A DNA stretch of 64,000 nt from an uncultured virus (IMG/VR IMGVR_UViG_3300041405_000133) (lineage: Duplodnaviria; Heunggongvirae; Uroviricota; Caudoviricetes), in IMG/VR virus record IMGVR_UViG_3300041405_000133, positions 62,001-126,000 of that record; one strand, given 5' to 3'. Positions 49,302 to 58,618 of this stretch are shown here, piece after piece. Numbering within the stretch: position 1 is the first letter of the stretch; each line of letters starts with the position of its first letter. The notes under the pieces are model-generated. The model saw only the letters and a list, made by a program, of their open reading frames with translations. It did no database searches and had not been told where the DNA came from. A program made the position numbers and the translations under genes.

Positions 49302-49841
49302 ATGTCGTCTGAAATCTCGAAACAAAACGAAGCCACCGAAGCCGCAGCTCCTGAAGCAGCAGCTCCACAACCAGTCTTCATGCCAGAAACCCCTGAGCAA
49401 CTGAAAGCGTTCGTCGCGGCCAGCGTTACCGACCTGCTGAACATCCCGGAAAACGCTACCCACTTCGCTCGCGTTGTTCTGTCCGGCGCTCTGAGCGCTC
49501 TGAACAACCAGGCTCAACTGGCATCCCAACTGGCACTGCGTCCGGTCCTGACCCGCACTCCATACGCTGGTTGCCTGCGTGCCGTCATCAGCGCCAACAC
49601 CGAAGCTGGCGACGAGCCTCTGACCGTCGACATCACCACCCGCGCTGCTGGCAGCGAAGAGTGGATCGACTCCGGCATGCCGAACGAAGCTCTGCAAAAG
49701 ATCGCCAAGCTGGTTCTGTCGCAATCCACCGCGCCGGGCGATGTCTGGTACATCACCAGCAACCGCGCTGTTGACGCGCAACTGGACGCCGCTGCTGAAG
49801 CCCTGCTGAACCAGGCTCAGAACGACGCCGCTCCGGTTTAA
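49302..49841 (+). CDS. Conserved hypothetical protein, highly biased codons
   Basis: 179 aa with AAGGA RBS. Followed by a UUCG hairpin. Confidence 0.75.
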   Translation: MSSEISKQNEATEAAAPEAAAPQPVFMPETPEQLKAFVAASVTDLLNIPENATHFARVVLSGALSALNNQAQLASQLALRPVLTRTPYAGCLRAVISANTEAGDEPLTVDITTRAAGSEEWIDSGMPNEALQKIAKLVLSQSTAPGDVWYITSNRAVDAQLDAAAEALLNQAQNDAAPV

Positions 49842-49890
49842 TTGCCGGCCTGACAGGGAGCTTCGGCTCCCTTGTCTCTAGGAGTTTTTT

Positions 49891-50589
49891 ATGTCCCGTA
49901 CTGGTCCTCGTGAAAGAAAGCCTGTAATCCGCAACAAGCCCCGTGAGGATCTTGAGGATAAAGGCTCTGAAGCTTACCGGGCTTATGTTCAGGAAGGTCT
50001 TGAGCGAATGGCTAAAGCAGCCACAGAGATCAATGACTCCACGGCTGAGCGTAAGCGTAAGGTCCCTGAGCAATACTTCGTCAACATCCTTCTGCCGGTT
50101 CTGCGTAAGTGGATTCGTCGGGAAGAAGTTGAAATCGGCCACTACCTGAACGTAGCCGATGGTCTCAACAATGAGATCGAGGTTGTCGATCAGGAAGGCG
50201 TGAAACTGTACGATGTACCACCATTGTTTGTAGACGTACCCACTCGAGTGGCGCGCCATGAACCTGGTGTCAATATCCCAACTATCCACAAGTTGGTTCA
50301 GATTCAGGGGATGCACGTTGATAACAACGACATGCGTCAAGTCTTCACGATCGAGAACGATCTGGTTGACATCTTGGCTCCGCGTGCAGAAGACGCATCC
50401 AAGACCCGGTGTCTGGTGATGTTGTGCTACATCTACGATCGCTACGAGCTGCCTCTTGAGGAACTCGTGGGTGAGAAACTCGCTCCCGTTATTGCAGCGG
50501 CCTTGAGGGCTGCTAAAAAGCCCGGTACTAACGCCATTGCAGAGAGCGGTAATAATGCAAGATCCGACGACGACTTTATCATCGACTAA
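49891..50589 (+). CDS. Conserved hypothetical protein
   Basis: 232 aa with AGGAG RBS. PE.YFV..LLP and LYDVPPL motifs. Acidic end DDDFIID. Confidence 0.75.
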   Translation: MSRTGPRERKPVIRNKPREDLEDKGSEAYRAYVQEGLERMAKAATEINDSTAERKRKVPEQYFVNILLPVLRKWIRREEVEIGHYLNVADGLNNEIEVVDQEGVKLYDVPPLFVDVPTRVARHEPGVNIPTIHKLVQIQGMHVDNNDMRQVFTIENDLVDILAPRAEDASKTRCLVMLCYIYDRYELPLEELVGEKLAPVIAAALRAAKKPGTNAIAESGNNARSDDDFIID

Positions 50590-51742
50590 AGGCACCGTCA
50601 TCAAGGTGGGGCTTAGCCGCCTCACCTACGCTGTCAGACAAGCGGGTGACCTGCTGATCGCTGTTATCAGCGACGTACACCTCGGACATAACCGGGTTAA
50701 GTCTGGAAAGATTGTAGATGTACTGGAGAAGACCTTCCATGAAGAGCGGATGAAAGTTCTGGATGTGATCATTATCTCCGGTGATCTGTTTGACAAACGT
50801 CTCGCTTATGACAGCGATGACGCGTTCGTGATTACACGGTGGATGGAACGTTTCCTGAAACTGGCTGCAAAGCACAACGTAGCTATCCGAATCCTTGAAG
50901 GTACGCCTAGCCACGATAACAGACAGTCCCGCTGGATGATTCAGTACAACGAAATGATTGAGGCCAATGCCGACATCAAGTACTACGAGAACATCGTCAT
51001 CGATGAACTCATCCCCGGTGGTCCGACTGTCCTGTATATTCAGGATGAAGTGAACCACGACGCTAACAAGACCTGGAAGATGGTTCAGGACTTGATGCGG
51101 GAGCAAGGCATAGACAAGGTAGACTTTGCCGTTATGCACGGCATGTTCACCTATCAGGAGCCTGTACGCAGTATCTCGAGTCATCTTGAGGAACGGTACG
51201 AATCAATCGTAGTTCATTTGATCATCATTGGTCACAATCACCACCACACGACCAGTGGTAAGATTCGTGTGCCGTCCTCTACTGAAAGACTTAGGTTTAA
51301 TGAAGAGGATGACAAAGGACATCTACAATTCTGCTTCTCCCCAACGGAAGGCGTCTACGATGAGTTCTTTGTGGTCAATGAAGAAGCGACCATCTTCACG
51401 ACTATCGAGGTAGTGGGCAAGACACTGAACCAAGTGATTGCTACCCTCAAGAAATACAACGGCAGTCCAGACGGTAGTTACTTCCGTTTGAAGCTAAGCC
51501 GAAACGATGAGGCTTACACAGCCTTAACCCGAATAACCGTAGAATTCCCGCAGTTTAACATCTCTACCAAAGTAGTGGATGGCGCTGGTGACCTTGACAC
51601 CGAAGATACTGGACTGATAGTTGAGACCGTGACCCTGACATCAATCAGGCCAGACACGCTCATGCAGCTACTCCTTCCACGTCTAGAGGGTACGCCTGAT
51701 GACATCATGAAGGAGATCGTGAAGGTGCTGGAGAAAGGCTAA
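50555..51742 (+). CDS. SbcD/Mre11-like metallophosphoesterase nuclease
   Basis: SDVHLGH, SGDLFD, GTPSHD, MHG and GHNH motifs. Confidence 0.88.
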   Translation: MQDPTTTLSSTKGTVIKVGLSRLTYAVRQAGDLLIAVISDVHLGHNRVKSGKIVDVLEKTFHEERMKVLDVIIISGDLFDKRLAYDSDDAFVITRWMERFLKLAAKHNVAIRILEGTPSHDNRQSRWMIQYNEMIEANADIKYYENIVIDELIPGGPTVLYIQDEVNHDANKTWKMVQDLMREQGIDKVDFAVMHGMFTYQEPVRSISSHLEERYESIVVHLIIIGHNHHHTTSGKIRVPSSTERLRFNEEDDKGHLQFCFSPTEGVYDEFFVVNEEATIFTTIEVVGKTLNQVIATLKKYNGSPDGSYFRLKLSRNDEAYTALTRITVEFPQFNISTKVVDGAGDLDTEDTGLIVETVTLTSIRPDTLMQLLLPRLEGTPDDIMKEIVKVLEKG

Positions 51743-51755
51743 CAGGAATAGATAC

Positions 51756-52613
51756 ATGACCGTTGAGAATATTTCACGAGAGAAGCTGTCCGAAAGAGCC
51801 ATGGGTCAGTTTCCAATCTCCATTGCTACAAGTCTGGCAATCGAGTCTCTGGTCGGTATCCTTCCTGAGGCTCCTACGGACTCGCCTGAGATCTTCAAGC
51901 GGGACCTGCTACTGATCAACATCCGCACGTTGATTCGTAACCTGTTGGGCTCTGTAGATAAGGAGGCGCGCGCTTTACTCGAAGAGTACACGATGGCTGA
52001 AGCCGTCAGTAACGAGATGCGCGTTATTGAGGAGATCATCTCAGAGACGTCAGATGGTCGATGTGAAGTAAAGTTCTATCACTGCACGTATGGCGATGTT
52101 CCGCGCAAGTACAAGCAAGCTCTGTTGAAAGCTCCGACCACAACAGCACAACACATGTACTGGGCTCAGAAGAATCTGGTGATCAAGAATCTCCTGACTC
52201 AATTTGAGAGCGGTTCTCCTATCGAGCAGTACACAACCGACTTCCCTGACTTCAATTACAAGACAGTGCTTCTGACGCATTATCCGATCGACCTGCTACA
52301 AAGGTATCGGTTTACCTCGTTAGCGCTCTTAGAATCGCACACAGGGGCTATAAAGACACCTCTTATGTGGAACACGAAGTTACTTGGCGGGAAGGAGAAT
52401 CCGAACCTGCCTTTTGACAAGATGACCTTGCAGATGTTTGGTGATGGGATTCTATTCAGCCCGATGCCTATCAAGATCCGCAAACGTGTTCTGGAGCTAG
52501 CTGAGACCTACAAATGGACTCCGGCTACCACTAAGGCTTTGATCATTGACTCTGCGGCGGCTCGTAAAGATCCAGCCTTGGAGATGCTGATCAAGGATCT
52601 CTATAGTGCGTAA
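51756..52613 (+). CDS. Conserved hypothetical protein (possible PIN/5'-nuclease-like fold)
   Basis: 285 aa. LLINIRTLIRN, LTHYPIDLL and LLESHTG. Confidence 0.65.
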   Translation: MTVENISREKLSERAMGQFPISIATSLAIESLVGILPEAPTDSPEIFKRDLLLINIRTLIRNLLGSVDKEARALLEEYTMAEAVSNEMRVIEEIISETSDGRCEVKFYHCTYGDVPRKYKQALLKAPTTTAQHMYWAQKNLVIKNLLTQFESGSPIEQYTTDFPDFNYKTVLLTHYPIDLLQRYRFTSLALLESHTGAIKTPLMWNTKLLGGKENPNLPFDKMTLQMFGDGILFSPMPIKIRKRVLELAETYKWTPATTKALIIDSAAARKDPALEMLIKDLYSA

Positions 52614-52677
52614 ATAGTTATGAATAGGGACAATGGAATGTCCAGAAACCACATTCATCCTCACTCAGGTGATTTAC

Positions 52678-53475
52678 ATGTCGCAACAACCCGAAAAGAA
52701 ACGCCGCGAACCGGAAGCCATCGACGACGGTAAACTCCGTCTGTACGGCGCTCCTCAGAAGGAAGGCGCCCGTCAGACAATGATCCGGGTGAAGCTGGAT
52801 TCGAACAACAACAACCCGATCATCGAGGTCGACTTCGGTTACAAGACCGAACCGAAAGCCGGCAAGTCTGAAGGCTTCCCGGTCAAGATCGATACGCCGA
52901 TGGCGCCGATCCCTTTCCGTACCCTGATGAACCTGATCATCCGTGTTGCGAACTACAACGGCGAAGTGTCGTTCGAAGTCGACAATTGGGGCTTCCCATT
53001 CATGTGGGATGCGGATCAGCGTAAGAGTGTTCGTGCCAAAGAGAAGATGATCATCTCTCGCTTCCAAGTGGCCAAACGTGAAGACGGTGTTGTAACCTTC
53101 GGCATCACTGCCAAAGGCAAGCCAGACATGGTTCACGAGTTCAAATCTGACGAATACCACATGATCATGCAAAATGGTCAGCCGGTTGACGTGAAGATCT
53201 CTAGCCGTGAAGCAGCGATTGCAACTGCTGAAGCCTGGCTGGAAGTGTACTACGAGCGCTTCACCAACAAGTGGGAAGAACCTGAGTACCAGAAGAAGCG
53301 TCGTCTGGAAAACATGCAGAAAGCCCAAAATGGCGGCGGCGGTTACCAGCAACGTAACAACAATGGTGGCGGCGGTGGTAACAACTACCAGCAACGTCCT
53401 CCTCAGCAACAGCAACAGCAGCCATCAGCGCCTCTTGGCGACGGTAACGGCTTCGACGACGATATCCCTTTCTAG
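52678..53475 (+). CDS. chmC: Nucleus-associated nucleic-acid-binding protein, ChmC-like (phiKZ gp67 position)
   Basis: Directly upstream of the sigma-like subunit. Folded domain plus G/N/Q-rich disordered tail ending DDDIPF. Confidence 0.65.
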   Translation: MSQQPEKKRREPEAIDDGKLRLYGAPQKEGARQTMIRVKLDSNNNNPIIEVDFGYKTEPKAGKSEGFPVKIDTPMAPIPFRTLMNLIIRVANYNGEVSFEVDNWGFPFMWDADQRKSVRAKEKMIISRFQVAKREDGVVTFGITAKGKPDMVHEFKSDEYHMIMQNGQPVDVKISSREAAIATAEAWLEVYYERFTNKWEEPEYQKKRRLENMQKAQNGGGGYQQRNNNGGGGGNNYQQRPPQQQQQQPSAPLGDGNGFDDDIPF

Positions 53476-53548
53476 GGTCTGAGAGCATTTAGCGTTTGTG
53501 ATACAGGGTCTAAAGCCTTGTATCACGGGCTTTATGCCGCCTTAACGT

Positions 53549-53580
53549 AAAAATACACAGCCATACATTACAGTATAGAG
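53549..53580 (+). promoter_or_regulatory. Putative early promoter
   Basis: AAAAA-N-TACATTAC at 53564-53571. Confidence 0.65.
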
Positions 53581-53614
53581 TAAGCACCATATAGTGACCA
53601 AGCGGAGTGTATTG

Positions 53615-55204
53615 ATGGAATTCAGCATCACTGGATTTACCAAACGAAGTTTCTCAGCTGTCGCTGTGTCCCACCCTGGTGAAAACGATATCATCATTAA
53701 TGCTGCGGGTTACGCTAACGCTAAACCGGGTGCAGTAAAGAACGATGACGAGTTCGGGATGCGCGTCGAGCTGTTCAGCGAGATCAATGATCTCATCAGC
53801 CGTTACAGTAAGGGGGATCAACAAAAGCTGTACGATTGCTACGCCCGCCTTGACACGGTGCTGGACTCGTACGGTACAGATGTAAAAGCCAGTGAATTCA
53901 TGGAGTTGCTGCAAGATATCGTTAAAGGTATCTTCGACATCGTGAAGTTCGAAGATCTGCGTGATTACCTGACCAGTAATAAGAACATCAAGTTCCCCGC
54001 AGAACTGGCCGACACTTACGTTACAGCGGATAAGATCACTCCGATCTACATGGAGCGTACTTATCTGAAACGGGAATACATCGATCTGGCAGCAGTGGCA
54101 TTGGGCCTGCGGTGCATGATTCCTGTTTGGGGAGCCTTCCTTCCAATCGCTATAAAGGAAGAAGGTCCGAAGAAGAAGGAGTACGTTGCGTACAAACTTC
54201 TGGAAACCTGCCTGCTCAAAGAGTGTCCTGCATTCGATCGTCTGGAAACTTACGTTCGGGCAAACACTACAGAGATGGAACACGAGATGGCTATCATCTT
54301 CGAGTTCCTGTCATCCGAGGAGATCCCTGTCTTCCTGATGGCACTGGCATTGATCCGTAAGGTTTCGATCGCCCCGTTGTCCGCAGAGACGGATAAGGAT
54401 CACTTGATGAAGGTGGTCTTCAACTACGTCTGCGGTAACAACAACAGACTTCCGGCGGCATTCGGCGGTAACATCCGGTCGAAGATCGATGTGGAAGCAG
54501 CAACAGACGACAACAGTTCGGTCTGGTGCTATTACAAAATGAAGGAGCAGATCAGTACTGGCGACCTCTGCATCTTCCAGCTGTACATCACCGATTACCT
54601 CGAGGCAGCTCGGGCAATCGATCAAGAGATCACTGACGAACAAACCGAGATGTGCGTAGCCCGCGCGCAGAAGTTGGCACGGTTTGATCCGAACGATGCA
54701 CAAGTAGCTCTCTGCATCTGGGTTATGTCTACAGTGGTAGCAGGTTGTGCGATCGAGATGTTCGACCGTAACACTCTGTTCACGGCAATGGGTATTTCCC
54801 AGACCGTCCTGTGGAAGTGGGGTTTCCATCAATTGGCAATCCTACAAACAGCAGCTCCCGTCCAGATGGCAGACGACGAGATGATGACCCCGGTTCCTAG
54901 AACCAAGATCAGCGACGAGAACATGAAACAGCTGGAATACATCTATCCTTACACAATGCCGGAGAGCAAGAAGGATAGTGGTCAATCACCAAACGTTGGG
55001 GTACGTGGGGTGGAAGACGCGGCAAATGTATTCTTTAAGAACGAGTGGGAACCTCAGTGCCCGCGCCAATTGGCAGCGAAGTACGAGCGGACAGACGTTA
55101 CCCGGCGTCTGCAAGTTTCCAGTGACTTCCGTGATGAGCTGGCTGAGTTGTTTATCAAGCTGGACGGTTACGTACGTCACATCCCTATCCCGGTAATGGA
55201 CTGA
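53615..55204 (+). CDS. Non-virion RNAP promoter-specificity (sigma-like) subunit, phiKZ gp68-like
   Basis: About 529 aa. TY...EY.DL...L.LR.MIPVWG motif. Canonical position. Confidence 0.75.
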   Translation: MEFSITGFTKRSFSAVAVSHPGENDIIINAAGYANAKPGAVKNDDEFGMRVELFSEINDLISRYSKGDQQKLYDCYARLDTVLDSYGTDVKASEFMELLQDIVKGIFDIVKFEDLRDYLTSNKNIKFPAELADTYVTADKITPIYMERTYLKREYIDLAAVALGLRCMIPVWGAFLPIAIKEEGPKKKEYVAYKLLETCLLKECPAFDRLETYVRANTTEMEHEMAIIFEFLSSEEIPVFLMALALIRKVSIAPLSAETDKDHLMKVVFNYVCGNNNRLPAAFGGNIRSKIDVEAATDDNSSVWCYYKMKEQISTGDLCIFQLYITDYLEAARAIDQEITDEQTEMCVARAQKLARFDPNDAQVALCIWVMSTVVAGCAIEMFDRNTLFTAMGISQTVLWKWGFHQLAILQTAAPVQMADDEMMTPVPRTKISDENMKQLEYIYPYTMPESKKDSGQSPNVGVRGVEDAANVFFKNEWEPQCPRQLAAKYERTDVTRRLQVSSDFRDELAELFIKLDGYVRHIPIPVMD

Positions 55205-55244
55205 AAAGTTCAATCCCCTAGAGTATTAAGCACAGGAGTAATTC

Positions 55245-56837
55245 ATGGAACTTGTTAAACTTATCTTCGTGGAAACTGAAGGCAGCGACACTCCAGTCAT
55301 TCGTCCTTACGAAACCACGCTGAAGAAAGACGACCTCGATCTCTTCGCCAAGGCTACCGATGACGGCTCGAACCTGAGCACCATTCGTCTGGCCAAGGTA
55401 GTTGCGCCACTCCTCGGTCCATCGAACCGTCGTCAACACAAGTCCCACATCAGCAATGGTTGGGATACCACTCGGATCATGTTCGGGATGGTTGTTAAGG
55501 TGATGAACCGTGACAACGCCAGCACCTACGAATATATCGTGGGTTATACCGATCACAGCGAACACGCCCGTCGTGGCGATAACGCGAAGTTCGATGCTGG
55601 CATGAAGATGTACTTCAACAACATCACGCGGGTCCACATGCAGGAATCCCGTCACCGCGATAGCAATATCTGGGTGCCGAAGATCCAAGCGCATGACCAG
55701 ATCCTGCTTCGCTCCAGCCTGACTGGTTCTGATCGTGGCACTACCCGTGGCGGCGATCGTCCAGTTACTCTGCGCCCTACCGACTTGTTCAAACGTGGTG
55801 GTGCAGATGCGGCATTCGGTTCGTTCATGCGTGATAACGACAGCAATGTCAACAACACCGTTGGTTCGTTCAGCTCGGCAATCCGTGCATCGAACGTTGT
55901 CAACAATAGCCAGACCGCTTACGCGGCCCGTAACCTGAATGCGTGGATGCAGGCGAGCAACTCGCCTAACGATGCGTACGTCGGTGACGGTAATGATGAA
56001 GACACCATCCAGGCAACTTCTGATCGGTTGGCAGAGAACTCTCTGGAACTCGATCCGTATCTGGAGCGTATCAAGCGCGACACCAACATTCTCCGTGAAG
56101 GTTGCATTACTTTCGGCGAACTGATGGACATGAACGAAGACTTCGATGAAGATCGTCAGTTGATGTTCGTTCCGTTGGACAAACGTAAGCGCGGTGGTTT
56201 CATCAACAACTCCGCTTGGGGTGAAGATACCAACGAGGCGATTGCAGCGACCATCATCGCAAACTCCCTGCCTGGCATTCTGATCAACTCGATGTATTCG
56301 TCGGTGTCTGGTCTGGTGCTGAACAGTCGTGCCCGCTTCGGCGAGTACAAAGTGGTTTGCTCTGAGCCAACTCCGTTTGCTCCAGGCATGTCGGTTAAGG
56401 CGAACTGGCCGTACTTCGAAAGTCAGATCGAACACGTTCTGATGGAAGAAGTTGGTTGCGGTGGTGCGTTTGAGTTCGAAGCGTACATCGACGCGAACAT
56501 CGACCAGTTCATCAAGATCCGTATCCGGATGGACGGCGGTGAAGAAGCATCGTTCAACTTCCCAGCGTATGCGTCCAGCCTTCTGGCGCCTACTCAGGAT
56601 AAAGACTTCAAGTCGCTCGATCGGATGTCGAAAGGCGTTATCGATCTGGCCTCTGGTCTGTCGAACATGCGGATGTCGCGCTCTGGCGTTGGGGCTCGTG
56701 AAGACGGCCTGAACACTGGCAGTGAAAGTCGCATCAATCTGGCTCCAAGCAGTAAAGAGTCGCGTCCTCGGGATAACGATTACAGAGCCGCTCCAGCAGC
56801 AGCATCTGGCGAACGTAAAGGTGGTAAGGGCTGGTAA
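55245..56837 (+). CDS. picA: Nuclear-shell protein import factor PicA/Imp1 (phiKZ gp69-like)
   Basis: 530 aa. RPYET, I.NGWDT.R..F, YIVGYTDH and LRPTDLF. Follows the gp68-like gene. Confidence 0.75.
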   Translation: MELVKLIFVETEGSDTPVIRPYETTLKKDDLDLFAKATDDGSNLSTIRLAKVVAPLLGPSNRRQHKSHISNGWDTTRIMFGMVVKVMNRDNASTYEYIVGYTDHSEHARRGDNAKFDAGMKMYFNNITRVHMQESRHRDSNIWVPKIQAHDQILLRSSLTGSDRGTTRGGDRPVTLRPTDLFKRGGADAAFGSFMRDNDSNVNNTVGSFSSAIRASNVVNNSQTAYAARNLNAWMQASNSPNDAYVGDGNDEDTIQATSDRLAENSLELDPYLERIKRDTNILREGCITFGELMDMNEDFDEDRQLMFVPLDKRKRGGFINNSAWGEDTNEAIAATIIANSLPGILINSMYSSVSGLVLNSRARFGEYKVVCSEPTPFAPGMSVKANWPYFESQIEHVLMEEVGCGGAFEFEAYIDANIDQFIKIRIRMDGGEEASFNFPAYASSLLAPTQDKDFKSLDRMSKGVIDLASGLSNMRMSRSGVGAREDGLNTGSESRINLAPSSKESRPRDNDYRAAPAAASGERKGGKGW

Positions 56838-56880
56838 AGCCCTTTTCACAAACCCCTATTAATGACCACGGGAATTAGTG

Positions 56881-58143
56881 ATGAGTGGAAGTAAGCTCGA
56901 TCGAATGAATGACTTCAACCGAAAGGTCCTACTTGACGTAGGGGTTTTCGAAGAAGAAGTAGATGACGGCCATCTGTCCTACCTTAAGGACGGTAAGCCA
57001 TCTCCAGTGACCCTGAACAAGACCCGTCTGTGCATCACTGTACAGAAGATCTTGAAAGAAGGCCTGGGCGAAGAACGTACTGGGTTCCATCCCCTTGCTG
57101 AACAGATCACCGAAGGTCCAAGTCCTGTACTGAATGCCTTCAAGAACTACGTCGGTGAGCGCATCAAGGCAACGGTTCGCCATATCGGCCTGTCGTTGAT
57201 GGAACTGGCATCCGACTCCAAGCGCCACAAAGGCATGTCTGCCAAGGCTTCCAAGTATCTGACCGCTCTGGCAGGTATTGGTGAAGTCGATGAAAAGACT
57301 GTCGATACCATGCGCAAGGTGTTCGATGCTGTCAGTCAGGTTCCTGAGAAGCACCTGATTACCATTATCCTGAAAGCCAAGACCGACGACGGCAGTCTGC
57401 GTCAATCGGTTGTAACCTTCCCGATCATGGATGAAGCCGATAGCGAAGAAACCGAAACCTTCTTTGGCGTGAAGATGCCACGGAAGACCAAGGACAAAGC
57501 GCTGATTGTATCGGTTCTCGAATACATCCTTGGCGACGAGCCAGCTCGCAAGATGTACACCTCCGGCAGTAAGAACGGCAACTCGCCGTACTTCCACAGC
57601 CTGTTGCTGTCCTTCCACAAGCTGGCGACTCGATTGAACGACATCCTCACCGTACATGCGCCTAAGTGCCCATCGTTCGAAGAGCTGAAGTTCAATCTGG
57701 ACTGGAGCGATGAACTCGATAACTTCGACGACTTCGCCAAGGTTTGCAGCCGAGCAGTTCCTGCTCTGCCGGGTAACACCGGTAAGGAAATCGAAGAAGA
57801 ACGTTCTGCGTTCGAAGCAAGTGCGAGTGATGTTGGTGCCGATGATGATCTGCCGTGGAATGAACCTAAAGCCAAACTCACCATCGGTAGCGATGACGAG
57901 AAGCGTCCGGCTGCTGGTTCGAGTTTCCGCGACACTGTCAGCAGCTCTCGTTCGAGCCGTGATCGTGATGATGATCGCTCGGATAGCCGTTCGAATCATG
58001 GAAGCTTCCGTGACTTGATGGGCGGTAAGGGTCGTGACCGCGATCGTGACGATCGTGATAGCCGTCGTGAAAGCCCAAGCTGGCGTTCAGGGCGTGATCG
58101 TGATGATCGTGACCGTGGTGGTCGCGGTGGCCGCGGCTGGTAA
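56881..58143 (+). CDS. Conserved nucleus-block protein (phiKZ gp70-like) with RD/RS-rich tail
   Basis: FHPLAE....GPSPV and PYFHSLL motifs. Low-complexity C terminus. Confidence 0.7.
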   Translation: MSGSKLDRMNDFNRKVLLDVGVFEEEVDDGHLSYLKDGKPSPVTLNKTRLCITVQKILKEGLGEERTGFHPLAEQITEGPSPVLNAFKNYVGERIKATVRHIGLSLMELASDSKRHKGMSAKASKYLTALAGIGEVDEKTVDTMRKVFDAVSQVPEKHLITIILKAKTDDGSLRQSVVTFPIMDEADSEETETFFGVKMPRKTKDKALIVSVLEYILGDEPARKMYTSGSKNGNSPYFHSLLLSFHKLATRLNDILTVHAPKCPSFEELKFNLDWSDELDNFDDFAKVCSRAVPALPGNTGKEIEEERSAFEASASDVGADDDLPWNEPKAKLTIGSDDEKRPAAGSSFRDTVSSSRSSRDRDDDRSDSRSNHGSFRDLMGGKGRDRDRDDRDSRRESPSWRSGRDRDDRDRGGRGGRGW

Positions 58144-58199
58144 TTAGCGGCATAGAGAGGCGGGGACTTCCCCGCCTATTCTACTTTTCTTTTTGTTCC

Positions 58200-58541
58200 C
58201 TAGCTGACATTTAAGCTAGTTCTGTAGATTTGTTTAAACCGCGCAACCAAGGCCATGTCAGGCACAAGCACATGGTTGATCGTTTCATCAATCTGGTGAA
58301 TAGAGGAAAACCCGTTAACTCGCATCACCAGATAATGATCCTCAAGTGGTACGCCGTTCGCTAAAAGGAACTGTGTTAGGTCAAACCTGTAGAGATATCC
58401 AGTCTCAGGAGATACCATCACTTGACGAGTGGTCTCAGATTCCCTGAAGTAGATGATCAGGGAGTCCACGTACGTCTTATATTCTTGAGTGAGTGTGAAG
58501 CTTGAGGGAGACGCTACGATCCACTTGGAAATGCCAGTCAT
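58200..58541 (-). CDS. Conserved small protein
   Basis: 113 aa. YRFDL..FL...GVP...HY.VMRVNG. Divergent from the beta subunit. Confidence 0.65.
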   Translation of the reverse strand: MTGISKWIVASPSSFTLTQEYKTYVDSLIIYFRESETTRQVMVSPETGYLYRFDLTQFLLANGVPLEDHYLVMRVNGFSSIHQIDETINHVLVPDMALVARFKQIYRTSLNVS

Positions 58542-58553
58542 GTGTTTACCTAT

Positions 58554-58586
58554 AAAAGTCTTGAGTTATACATTACCGAAATAGAA
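58554..58586 (+). promoter_or_regulatory. Putative early promoter
   Basis: AAAA-N-TACATTAC at 58569-58576. Confidence 0.65.
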
Positions 58587-58618
58587 TCTCAGCCCAAAGT
58601 AATAAGGAGACCGATTGA

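Noticed and set aside
57950..58135. GATCGTGA(T/C) repeats resembling an array
   Set aside because: They simply encode the Arg-Asp tail. There are no spacers and no CRISPR structure.
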